DNA of 37,358 nt from Bigelowiella natans CCMP2755 (Eukaryota > Protista > Cercozoa), in contig ADNK01001046.1 in the NCBI GenBank assembly GCA_000320545.1, positions 1 to 37,358 on the forward strand, given 5' to 3'. The notes below the pieces were generated by a model. The model saw nothing but the letters and a program-made list of their open reading frames with translations, made no database searches and was not told the origin of the DNA. Position 1 is the first letter of the stretch; every line of letters begins with the position of its first letter. Positions 13,366 to 25,114 of the stretch are shown here, one piece after another. Made by a program: the position numbers and the translations under genes.

Positions 13366-13649
13366 CGATGGCGCGTCCAAGAAGAGGAAGCAGGTCGAGA
13401 GAGCGATTTTGATGTTCTTGACATCCAGGCAGCTAAGCAATAATAAGAAGAAGGGGGGTAAGGATAACACCTGCATTGCGTCAGCAGAGTGATGAATGTG
13501 TGTAGCTAACTCAATTAAAAAGACTTCTATGGTACGAAATATAAGGGAAAATTAATGGAACTTTGAGAATATAAACCATCTGGTCAACTAGATACCATGT
13601 GCTGCTCCTGGTTATTTGTGGTGGCAATTATTCCACAGATAATAGTTCT

Positions 13650-14040
13650 GCTGTGGACGTGGCGCACACAAGCATGAATCGGCTTTTTTGGTACAACAAC
13701 CGCTCTGTGCATGCATGCACTTGCAGCATTTCTGAACCTGCGCTTTTGCATTCTACACATGTGGCCACGCTGTGCGCATCTTCTACACCTAACAAGGCGC
13801 GCATGTCATTTAGCTATGATGAGATGCATTGCAGTGCGTGCCAATAAACGTGTGAGCACACATGTGCTCCAATGTGCTCCAATGCCACGCTTGATTTTGC
13901 TGGTTGAACGGCCGGGTCATGCGTTATTGCTGTCATCATGATTACGGCTCGCGCGTGCCACATGGCGACGATAATATGCAATGCAAAGAGTCTATGGCGC
14001 ACGCGCATCACGTGACATTCAGGCGCGTATACAATAGACT
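13650..14040. other. CATG/TGCA-rich island 2 (between convergent acidic-protein and calmodulin-like 3' ends)
   Basis: e.g. 'gtgcatgcatgcacttgcagca', 'gcacacatgtgctccaatgtgctccaatgcc', 'gcgcacgcgcatcacgtg'. Boundaries approximate. Confidence 0.7.
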
Positions 14041-14250
14041 CGTAATCCGGTATATTTACTAGTGTCTATTGTGTATTCATCACCACGAACCGTACTCTAA
14101 TTGTGAAGCAGATGTGCAAAAAAACTCAAGCAGAAATGAAAACAACGGGGACGACCATGCTTGGAAAACCTTGGGTAGCAGGTGTGGTAATCATGAATTC
14201 TATTGGTTTTCGGCAAGTTTAATTACCATGACGTTGGTCACGTAAATTCA

Positions 14251-15373
14251 TCATCTTTGACTTGCAAAAGTTTTATGAGGACTCCGCTGATGTGCACTAA
14301 GTTTGGCGTACTTATCCTCTTCATCTATCCACGGCGAAAGTCCGATGGGAGGTCTGGACGACTCGAACATGTGATTCACGAATTCAACGTAGTTTATCCG
14401 CTTGTCGCCATCAACCTTCACCTCCTTCCATAAGGCATCAATATCCTACAAACAGCAGCACAGGTAAACAGGTATTCTTCCATACATAGGTGATATGGGT
14501 AGGTTTGAGAGATACGAACCTCTTTTGAGAAGATTTCTGTGTCTTTCATATGGGTCAGTATTTCGATGAAATCCATTTCATCAATATGCCCATCCTAGGA
14601 AACAACAATTCGACAATATATCACCGCGCCCAGCCATATGCATACATTCTGTTCTAGTTTTACACAAAAAAACTACTTTTTTGAATTACCTTTTTCCGAT
14701 CAAACACAGCGAAGTGGCTGATGACATCCTTCTCCAGGAGCTCGGGGCCCTTCATTTCGTTGGAGTAGAGAATATTCAGGAACTCTGGTAAGTTTATCAT
14801 GCCATCCCCTGATAAGCAACATCACAGTCAATTTCTACGTTGAATTATTACACGATATCATGATGATGCTGAAACTGTAAGAAAGGACTACGATGCCCAT
14901 GAAAACATGCTCACCGTTCTTATCATGCCGATTTATGATGATTTCCAGCTCTTTCTCAGTTACATTGAAGCCTATACCACGAAGCACGAATCCCAGATCT
15001 TCTGCTTTGATGCTACCACTCCTCTTTTTACTGAAATTTAGGACAAAATTTGGATTTGTGACAACGGCAGTCTACGATCGCAATCAAATAAAGAATATTT
15101 TACTCGAACATTGCGAAGATTTCCTTGATTTCATCAAACCGCTCGTCCTTCGAAGATCGTGGGGTGGAACATATATTAGTCCTTGGCCAAGCATAGATTG
15201 ACAAAACGAACAATGATGCGTAGAATTAGCTCAAAGACCTCTATTCCAAGCTGATTCTTGACCTCAAGGTCTTGATCTGACGGAGATGTAAGCATGGAAA
15301 CCTTGGTAATCAGGGATTCCTGCGCTCCGCCCGAGTTCTTTCGGTCTGCACCCCCATCGCCTAGGGAAGCCAT
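14251..15373 (-). CDS. Calmodulin-like EF-hand protein (6 exons)
   Basis: Spliced product: MASLGDGG...DERFDEIKEIFAMFDKKRSGSIKAEDLGFVLRGIGFNVTEKELEIIINRHDKNGDGMINLPEFLNIL...FAVFDRKKDGHIDEMDF...EVKVDGDKRINYVEFVNHMF. Four EF-hand spacing; stop TGA at 14251-14253. Confidence 0.88.
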
Positions 15374-15759
15374 TCTTCAGTTTCGAAGCGGAACCGTTTC
15401 CAATAATAATGAGCATCCTTTTATTTTCCCCTGCGACAAGATCAAATTCATTGTCGCAGGATGTAATCCAGGAATCTTAGAGTCAAATATAAAACACATG
15501 ATGCTTTTCCTCTGCGACAATCAATAATATCAGAACGTGTCATAATTGTCCTACGTTTTACTTTGTCCCACGGGCTTCTGACCACAACGGAAAGCAGGAA
15601 GAAAATCACATAATTCAGATCCGCGATTAACTCTCAATTTTCCCCAGCGTTCAGGTTGATGAGTCTAAGGCACGGATGCGTTAGCGTGGCGCATGACCCT
15701 TTCAACTGCTCCATTGGAATCACTTCATTCATTCAAGCGCACGGTAGGAGGAATTCCAT

Positions 15760-16253
15760 GTTGATCTGAATGACTTCATAGCACGCACCAGAAGTGAAAA
15801 GCGCATTTGAGCATGCTTCGTGACATGCGCCTTGAAATGGGACGTGAGTACATCTAGCTGTGCTGGAAGCGAAGAAGTCGCGCACATTCTGCATGCGATG
15901 CAGCGTGAGCGTATCAATGTTGACTAACAGCAGAACTCACATCTATGAACAGCAAGTGCAACAAACAAATCACTTTGATGCCATGCAAGTGATTGCAGCA
16001 CAATAAGCCAGACGAACAAGCTGAAAAGGCTTGTTTGTGTGCATTCTTTCAGCCAACAATTTGTCATCTTGTTTTTTACGATTGCAAATGTCAAGAGCAT
16101 CATTTTGCCGACAATGTGGAATATAAATCCATAGATGCAGCTGGCGCGCAGCATCATGTCTACGACAGCAGGTCCAAGACATGGCGGCATGAATAAGTCC
16201 AGCTGTATGTGCATGCACATGAAATTCTGATACGGTAGTTTGCCTTTGACAAT

Positions 16254-16296
<43 letters not shown>

Positions 16297-16330
16297 GGAG
16301 ACGAACATGTGTTTATTTTGAAACACGCAT
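15760..16330. other. CATG/TGCA-rich island 3 (downstream of the fibrillin gene 3' end)
   Basis: e.g. 'gagcatgcttcgtgacatgcgc', 'ctgcatgcgatgcagcgtg', 'tgtgcatgcacatg'. Boundaries approximate. Confidence 0.62.
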
Positions 16331-16344
16331 GTTGCCTTCTAAAC

Positions 16345-17572
16345 CTACCCCTCTTCCTCGCACATCTTGATTAAATATTGGGGCCGAGCAAGGATGAATA
16401 GATTACTTGATTCAGAGGCATCATCAACGTTTGACGACCGCCTGATATAAGAATTCAAAACAGTGGCAGTAGGAGCAGGAATATTGAAAATGCGAGTAGT
16501 ATGAGTGCATTATGATAGATATCTATAGATGTGAAATCATGCTCCAGGTTCGCTTTTGTAGCTTCTTCATGGTATGCTACGATCAAATGTGTGTTCACAT
16601 TACGAGTTAATCATCCGAATGTCGTTGTCCACATACAGTAGATCCCAGTACTAATTTGTAAGAGATAGAAATTCTGGTTGCTGGTGATGATGACAATGGC
16701 AAGGACGGCGATGACTTGATCAACGAAAATGGTTCGCTTAACAGAGAAGGATTGATTCGTAGGTGACAGTTGCTGAATCCTATTGAACATGCTCTTACTG
16801 TTCTTCTCCTCTCCCCCATCCCCCCCCTCTCCCTTTTTTTATTGGTACATCTCCCTCATCTCTTCTCTCTGCCTGCATCAGTATCACAATCATCCATTAG
16901 TACCCCAACATCATCCTCTCCACCCAGCTTCAGATCTTGCACCTTTCTCCCTAATAAGCATGGGAAAAGAGCAAAAATTAGGCAGCTGCAGGAGGAGAGG
17001 GAGGGGGGGAAGAAGGAATATCCAAGGGGTAGACTGACGAAACTGATAACAACAACTTCGTTCTATGTCACGACTCCGGCGGGGCTGAGATCATCAAATC
17101 TACGTCTTTCCACTTTATTACTATGTAAGCTGCGCAGTGACGACAGGGAGGCGGCAAACCACTTCTCATGCGATGGCTACCTCCAAATCCCTGCGACATG
17201 AATCTTGTGAATTTTATTTTCCACGTATGAGCATCGAGGACCGCAAATTCTGCCTGGTAGCAAGAAGCATCATACCATGACATCTTTGGGAGATCCACAC
17301 CGGAGAAAAGGGGAGGGGGGAGGGGAGCGAAGAGTAACGTTCATACCTCCAATGTGGCTCTGAACCATGGCTGCGATGAGATCGTATTCGTGTACGTTTT
17401 TGATCGGAAGTCAATAAACTGAAGTTGATGGTTAAGATGCCTCAGTAATAAATACACAATGACTACTAGTCTGACGAAGGGGTGCGGAGGCGAAGTTGAC
17501 TCCACCAATGCTGACCCATAAATCACAGGGGCGGGGGATGGAAGCCGAATCAACACAGGGACACACCACTCA

Positions 17573-17632
<60 letters not shown>

Positions 17633-18504
17633 ATAGGGTCGTAGAAGCAGACCTGATTAACATCGCCAACCACAGGTACCTCGAACGTCTGGACGAGAAA
17701 AATGGGAGGAGGAGGAATGAAATCCATCATCAAAAAGGGTTGTATAGCTCATATATTCGGGATGATAATGACAGTGAGTCACCCCTAACAAGCCATCTAG
17801 TGTGACTTTTCCAGATGCTTGCTCCTCAGTAGTAGTGTAACTGAGAGGGGGGGGAGGGGGGGGGGGGGGGCTACGTCAGTTACAAGACCACGATTAATAC
17901 TCTTTAATGCTTTTTTATAATGTGCACTCTTCTCCTTCTTCTTCTTCTTCTTCTTCTTCTATGTTTATGAATAGTTACATGAGCGTCCAGTTCCCGTCGT
18001 TCTTTGCAGAGTTGGCCTGAAAACACGCACAGAAGACAGCCAGCATAAACACAGTGTGTTTTTAAAGCAATGTCGTGCGGTCCGCTCATTATTCCTCGCA
18101 CTCATCTTCTCTATCATTTTGCTGTTCTTCTATCATTTCGCGTCTTCTTCATCGCCTATTCCTCCTCCTCCTCCTCCTCCTCCTCCTCCTCCTCATTTTC
18201 CTTCTTTCTCAATGGCGAGCTTACCGGTATGGGCTGAGGGTTGAGCTGGGCCAAAGCCGCGGCCATTTCGGCGACTCTTTCCCTGTCCTCGCTATCCATC
18301 CCGACCCCATTCTTATGCCGTGATCGGAGCGATACTGCGTGTGGGGGGGCAGGAGAGAAAGAGAAAGAACATGATGGTGTGGCGCAGATGGTGGTTACAA
18401 CGACATCATGAGAGTCGTCAGCGCGTTTTTTCTTCATACTTCAAAAAATGAATGGTCCTTCCTCTGCAGGGCGCTTAGATTATGGAAATCGTATGTCATG
18501 GGAG

Positions 18505-18540
<36 letters not shown>

Positions 18541-19343
18541 GTACGAATGTAGTCGATGAGCTCCTCCTTGGAAGTGCTCTCGGCGCTACTGCTCCCCATC
18601 ATCAAGTCTTTTTTGTCTTCCACATATAAAGGGGAGGGAGAGAGGGGAATGGAATGGAGTTTGGAAGAGTGATGAAGAAGCAATGAAATACGAAAGCAAA
18701 AAATAAGTAGGTGGCAAATGACACAAACAAGGCTGGACGCTCACTTGCCGCCATTGCTAGATACAAACTCAGGTAAGAAGAGCTTTTGCTTCTACTACTT
18801 TCACACTTCTTCTTCTTCTTCTACTACTTCTCCTCCTCCTCCTCCCCCTCTCCTCCGTCGTACCAAGCAGCAATGGGTCGATCATTAAAGCTTCGAACAG
18901 AACGCCACTGGCCACGCGCAACTATAGAGCAGCAAAACACAGATCGGTATGATACAGGAAGCCGCCACCGCGAAGAAACGGCACTAGGAGGAGGGCGAAC
19001 CACTTTGGTAACGCACCTCGTAAGCTTCGTAGTCGATGAGGAGGTCAATTGACAAGTCCCTCGGGTCCTTAGCGCACACCCAGCCTTTTCCCAGCAATAA
19101 TACGGATCACAGCAACCGCTCAGACGATTAAGCAATGAGGCATATTACTACGGACAAAAAAATCAAGGAAACTCCAGAATCATCGATCTTCCTCTGTTGT
19201 TCGCTTAGACCAGCAACGAAGACAACTATGCGACGACGGATGCTTCACACCTTGGTTTGCACCCAGTTTCAAATATAGATTCCCGTCCTCACCGATCACC
19301 CTGGATGTCACCTGGATTTCATGAGATCCTATGAATATCATAA

Positions 19344-19385
<42 letters not shown>

Positions 19386-20145
19386 GCTCTTCTGACCTTT
19401 ATCCTTTCGTCGGAATTTGGGACTAGTATCGGTCCGATTTTCTGCGTTTGTTTGATCCATTAGCTTCTTCATAGTATAGCATGATAACAGCAGTCGCAAA
19501 AGCTCAAAATATTTTGAGAGCTATGGCGCACACAAGACGGACAATATCGTAGACGTTTTCAATCTGAGCACTTCCAAGCGACTATCGCCTCCTAGTTGGC
19601 ACGAATAAACCCGTTTATACCGGCGAGGAGAAGTCGGGGTCCCTCCGAACAGCAATTCCAGGGTATGGGCAATCTTCTGCGAATCTGTACTCCCAGAGTC
19701 CCTGGAAGGTGCGGTTGCGGTGTTGTTATCTCCTGAATATCAAGTGGGCTGCAATGGTTTCAGATACCTGTTCTTCAGTCTGGGAGGCGCTCATTTGTTC
19801 TCCCCGGTCGGGGTTTTCCGCCATAACTCTAGCCGCCTTGCGTGAACGTCCCTGATAGCCTAGCAAGCGGGCTATTCCGCTCCTCTCGAAGCTGGATCTC
19901 CCAGAATGCATCGTGCGTCGTCGTTGTGCCCTCGACCTTCCCAGCCCTATTCTTGTTGGTGCAACTCCCGTCCGCCTCTTCTGAGACAGCTGTTTCCGCG
20001 CCGATCTAGCAGTTGTCTGTAATGAACGGAGGCCGTTGCCCACACCCCGCGTGATTCCTCTGTAACCCCTCGCAGGAGATAGCAAGGCGAAGAACAGCAA
20101 CGCTGCCGCCATCCAGCCAGAGGATAGGAGCGAGTTGACTGCCAT
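16345..20145 (-). CDS. Plastid-targeted PAP/fibrillin-family protein with an extra N-terminal SH3-like module; many short exons
   Basis: Signal peptide MAVNSLLSSGWMAAALLFFALLSPARG plus long R-rich transit-like peptide. Spliced fibrillin motifs: KEELIDYILSLRSRHKNGVGMDSEDRERVAEMAAALAQLNPQPIP, NDGNWTLIYTTT, VGDVNQFIDF, ATLEAEFAVLDAHTWKIKF, GYWDLLYVDNDIRM, NLFILARP. Stop TAG at 16345-16347. Confidence 0.8.
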
Positions 20146-20615
20146 TATCTGCCACCAGCGCTAGGTGTTGCCTCTAGCTAGAGAATAAGTCTAATTCGAA
20201 CGAACCCCATGATGCTGCAGACAGGAAAGAGGGAGAGAGAGAGAGGGGGGAGAGAGAAAGGGACGGAGTAGGGTTCTCGAGCTGGGAGGTGGATCATCCG
20301 ATTTCCTCTTCCTTCGGCTAATATTTGATGTCGCAGGGAAAAAATCAATACGATATTGAATGGAAATAATCCTCATTCCAGACCTATTTTTGTTGGTGAT
20401 ACATCGGCGGGACGATCAAGCGTCGTCGTTCACATCTCTTCCACGGACCGAAGCAGCAGCAGCAAGGTTGGGGGAGGGGGAAGTGGATGTGGAAATAGGC
20501 GCACCGCATTCAAGAAGAAGGAGACCAAATTTGAAGAAGAGGAGAAGGAGGAGGTAGAATAAGAAGGAAAAGGAAGAAGACGAAGCAAAAAAGAACTCTC
20601 GGGTTGCTGCAAAGT

Positions 20616-21716
20616 ATGCGTCGAAGCCTCCCGTGGATTCGCCGCCATGGCGCTCGATACGCTGGGGCTCTCGGGGCGGCTGCTGTTGGAGTATCATCGG
20701 CCGCAACCATCGTGATGGAACGCTGGAACGGCGACGATATAAGGGAATTAGGACCGAGGCATTCGGTATTGGCGCTGCTCGGATCAAAGCTGAAGCCAAT
20801 GCGGGCACATGCTAACCCCGCAGCTGTCCCCTCCCTAGACCCTGTTCGGCCAAAGCCCTCCGATGTAAATCCGGACCTAGCCCTCACACGAGCTAAGGGT
20901 TACTACCCGAGCCTCCAGGATGATTCACTCTACGCGAAGTTCTGCCAAGCGGCCGTTTTTGGCATCCTTGGCACCACGTCGTACGTCTTCATGCACTACC
21001 TGAACGACACGAAGATAACGAACAACCAACAGCTCACCGACGCCGTGTATAAGAGGAATAAGAAATTCGAGGGGAGGGGTTTGATTACGGTTTCGAACCA
21101 CGTGAGCGCCTTCGACGACCCTCTGCTGCCCTCGGCGATGTGGAGCATACCGCGCTTCCTCTCGCCCAAAGAGCTGCGCTACGTCTTCTGCCTGACCGAC
21201 CGATGCTTCAACAAGTGGTGGAAAGGCCGCATGCTCACGAGCGCGAAGGTGGTTCCGGTGGAGAGGGGCGCTGGCTTGGACCAATTTGCGATGCGGTATG
21301 CCCGCCAAAAGCTGGAGCATGGTGACTGGATTCACCTTTATCCTGAGGGGACTAGATCGCGCGACGGCGGGAAGACAGTGCGGCCTTTTAAGATCGGCGT
21401 TGGCAAACTAGTGCTGGATTCAACCGTGCCCCCGGCGGTCATCCCGTTCTACCACACAGGTATGCATAAAGTCTTGCCTGTCAAAGCGAAGAGCCTAAGG
21501 ACGGGCAATCAGATACACATCATGGTAGGCGACCCGATTTTCTTCGATAAGGCCATCGAGGACCACCGGAAAAGGGGTTCGACCGACATGGAAATCATGA
21601 TTGACATTACGAAGCAGTGTGAAATCGCGCTCCGGGAGCTGCAGATCCGAGCCCACGAGATACAGCCCCACCCCGACGAAGAAAGCGTAGCTGAACCCGT
21701 CGAACGTGCTGCATAG
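20616..21716 (+). CDS. TAZ: Tafazzin-family phospholipid transacylase; intronless
   Basis: GLITVSNHVSAFDDP (HX4D), KVVPVERGAGLDQ, GDWIHLYPEGTRSRDGG, PFKIGVGKL and VIPFYHTGM. First ATG at 20616, with an R-rich/hydrophobic N-terminus suggestive of mitochondrial targeting. Confidence 0.92.
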   Translation: MRRSLPWIRRHGARYAGALGAAAVGVSSAATIVMERWNGDDIRELGPRHSVLALLGSKLKPMRAHANPAAVPSLDPVRPKPSDVNPDLALTRAKGYYPSLQDDSLYAKFCQAAVFGILGTTSYVFMHYLNDTKITNNQQLTDAVYKRNKKFEGRGLITVSNHVSAFDDPLLPSAMWSIPRFLSPKELRYVFCLTDRCFNKWWKGRMLTSAKVVPVERGAGLDQFAMRYARQKLEHGDWIHLYPEGTRSRDGGKTVRPFKIGVGKLVLDSTVPPAVIPFYHTGMHKVLPVKAKSLRTGNQIHIMVGDPIFFDKAIEDHRKRGSTDMEIMIDITKQCEIALRELQIRAHEIQPHPDEESVAEPVERAA

Positions 21717-21949
21717 CGACAACGAATACACGATGAATCACGATTCCGGATGGAACATACCGAAGCTAGCAAGCAAGTGCATTGGCTTTGTGGACTAATA
21801 TCTAGCTATGTAGATTAGATACGCTACGGTGCACGCCGTCTGCACTCAAAGATCATCATCATCGCCACCACCAACATAAGTCATCACATACACAGGAAAA
21901 ACAATGCGCGATGGCCACTTTAACAAGCTGCGATCTAAGTAAGTGTATC

Positions 21950-22670
21950 ATGTTTAGATGCGTGCACGTAGTAGTACGCATATCATAACATCATTGACCA
22001 CTGAGGGCGCCGTTTAAAGGATATCGCATCATCTTAGGGCTAGTTGTGTGTGCTTGTGTGGCGTATACGCTATGATGCGTACATTGCCAGCCGTTCCTCT
22101 GCTACTTGTTGCACGCCGCTGTGTCATCCGCGCGAAATTCCATAATTCAAAGGCGCTATTGTGTGTGCTAGTGTGTCATGCATGTGCATTACATACGTGT
22201 ATATACGTAAAAAAGCGTTTAAATTGCAAACTGCCTTTTTTGCCCTCACCATGCACACAAATCTAGTAATGCGAAGTAATGTGCCGTGCTAATGCATGCG
22301 ACTGCTGTGCGCTCGCCGCGTCCAACACACGCGACCGCCAAAATGTCGGTCTGCATGCTACAGTTGCTGTGGCGTTGCCTGTTAGCCATGTGCCTGTCGC
22401 GACCACGATGGCACATCTGCTAGCCGCTGCATTGCACAGCTACATGAGGACGACCATTGAACAAATTTAATTTGATTCATTACATCCGTCTTACATCCAA
22501 ACATGTTTCTCTATGTCACCTAACAGCACGTGCACATATATACACATTGCAGGCGTCCGGTTCACATACAAACCGCAACAAGCTAGCCGTGCATGTCGCA
22601 ATGTGCATTTTGCTCAATACATCGCCTTGTCCACATCGCATCTCTCCTCGCGATGACACGACTGCTGCGC
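21950..22670. other. CATG/TGCA-rich island 4 (between convergent TAZ and WDR18 3' ends)
   Basis: e.g. 'gtgtgtcatgcatgtgcattacatacgtgt', 'gcacgtgcacatatatacacattgca'. Boundaries approximate. Confidence 0.7.
22421..22496 (-). repeat. ~75 bp dispersed repeat, copy B
   Basis: tagccgctgcattgcacagctacatgaggacgaccattgaacaaatttaatttgattcattacatccgtcttacat; ~90% identical to 8392-8466. Confidence 0.9.
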
Positions 22671-22687
22671 AATGGTAGTGGCTTTAT

Positions 22688-23583
22688 TCATTTTTTCTTC
22701 CTCCTCTTCCTTCCTGAAATGCCTTGCTGTTTCTTCCCCGGGGATGTGTTTGTGGCCTTGCTAACATCGCTCCTACCATCATTGTCATTGTGCTCCGGAG
22801 GGCCTGCGAGCGAATCGAGGGCTTTCGACGCAACTAGCTCGTACAATTCCTTGCCAGCTCGGCGCCATTTCTCCAACTCTGATCGCAGTGCCGCCACATC
22901 GTCGGCGCTCTCTTTGCCTTCTTCAGAATGAGGAATAATCCCTTTTCCTTGTTCTTCTTCTTCTTCTTCTTCTTTGCCCTCTCTTCTCTTTCGTGATGGC
23001 GGCGACGTCGACGATTGTGATCTAACGACTGCCTCCTGATTCGATTTTGCCAGGGGAAGGAAGCCGCTGTCGGCCATTCCTTCTTCCGCGCTTTCAGCTT
23101 GCTCGAGCGAAGCGAGAAGCTCTAGGAGGCGCGGCTCATCCCGTGATGATGCTTTTCGGAGTTTGGGGGTGGGGCAGATCTGGTGGCGCAAAGATAGTGA
23201 GATGGAAGAATCGGCCACACAATGGGTCTATTATCATTGCTTTACTAGCTTCATTGTTGTTACTATTGTTGGTTTTGTTGTGACTATCGTTTGCTTTTTT
23301 TGAAGTGTGAAACATGAGCAAAGCACCCTCACTCTCTTGCCCTATTTCTCACCGGATATTTAGTGGGGAGATTGAATTCGAGTGGCTACAAATTCCGAAT
23401 GGCGTTTTTTGGCCTCTACACTATGACTGAGCTTCCGCTTTTTCTACCTTAACTAATGGTGGGTATCGACGCGACGGGTCGAAGTCCCGTTTTAAAGGAG
23501 GAAATTTTGCCTAAGATTACATGCACAAGGGGGGAGGATGTGCGATATTAATATATGTAATACTATAAAAATAAATATGAATT

Positions 23584-23651
<68 letters not shown>

Positions 23652-23762
23652 CTTGCAAATATCTGCATATTCATTGTACGTGTCTATTAGCAGCACCTTT
23701 TTCTCCTCGTCTTCCGGGGAGAGCTGGTCGATTGTTAAGCTGCGTTCATCCAGCAAAACCTT

Positions 23763-23799
<37 letters not shown>

Positions 23800-25074
23800 C
23801 AAGGAAGCAAGGAACTCATTTAGAGAAAAGGACAAGGTGAGGAGAAGATGATGAAGAAGAAATAAAAGAAGAAAGGGGCGCAGAGAAGAACAATTTAGTG
23901 ACTGATTTATTGATGAAGACTTCCATCTGCTCCTCCGTTGTTCTAGGGACACTTTTTCGTCGTATTATTATCGTAGTGTGCACGTCCTACCAAGCTTGAG
24001 AGCACGGAGGGCTTTCCCGTCTTGATCGTTTGTAGGAGCTTTATGCAACGCAATTACCACCAACTCAGCTACTCTACAAGTACGATCTTCAGGTGATGAC
24101 TGTGTGTGTGCGTGTGTGTGTGTGTGTGTTTGCGCGTGGCGGCGATGAATACCTGCATAGTGTACGCATCCCTGATGATCAAGGTGCCATCCCTTGAAGA
24201 GTGGATTACCTGCAAATTGGAGGTGTGATTGCTGCATGCTGATCGCTAATTGTGAGGACAATAACAACAACAACAACAACAACAACAACAATAATAATAA
24301 TGGTAGCAGCCACACAGTAACATTAGTGATACGACAGCCCGCACGACTCAGTACCTGCGACTCCTCCCACGAAAGATTCACCCCTGTAATCGCCGCTGTG
24401 TGGCCACCATGCACGTCGATTTGCATATCTGAGCCGCGACAAGGAAGAGGAATGAGCGAATGGCTCTCGAGACTTGTGGACGGTGCTTTGCGACTTACCC
24501 TCTTTTGAATCTAGTGCTGCTGGAGACGACGACGACGACGAAGGTCGTGATTTCACGCCGCCTTGGGTTCGAATCCTACGCAAGCTTCCGTCCTTGCAGC
24601 CGCAGTATATGAATCTTCCAGTTCCAGATACGCACTAATTAATTATGATAATGATTATAATGATGATGATGATGATGATGATAATGATATATGTAATAGC
24701 CTTATTGCTGATTGGTTGGCACTGGGAGGATATTAGGGTTATAGATGTTAATAATTTTTTTTCCAAAAAAATTTCTTTAACTCTCTCTCTCTCTCTCTCT
24801 CTCTCTATGTTTATGTGTGTGTGTATGTCCAATTGTGCTGTACCACACAGGTTATAGCGCTCCCGACTCGTGCGTATTTTGTACGCACACCTTAGACCAT
24901 ACAACATCACGTCGTCAAACGATACGACAAAGCTTCAGGGGTCTCTCCGATTGCGAGAGGAAGATTGAAGAGAAAGAGGAAATGAAAAAATCCTGCAATT
25001 CCGTTGTTCGTCAAACACAACCGACAAACGCCACAAGCTCGCAGGCTTCTGCACTACACATAAAACAGATATAC

Positions 25075-25114
<40 letters not shown>

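Noticed and set aside
8392-22496. CRISPR array, LTR pair or Helitron end for the 75 bp repeat
   Set aside because: Only two copies 14 kb apart, flanking housekeeping genes. No transposase, RT or Cas ORF and no target-site duplication; the terminal CTAG is present in one copy only.
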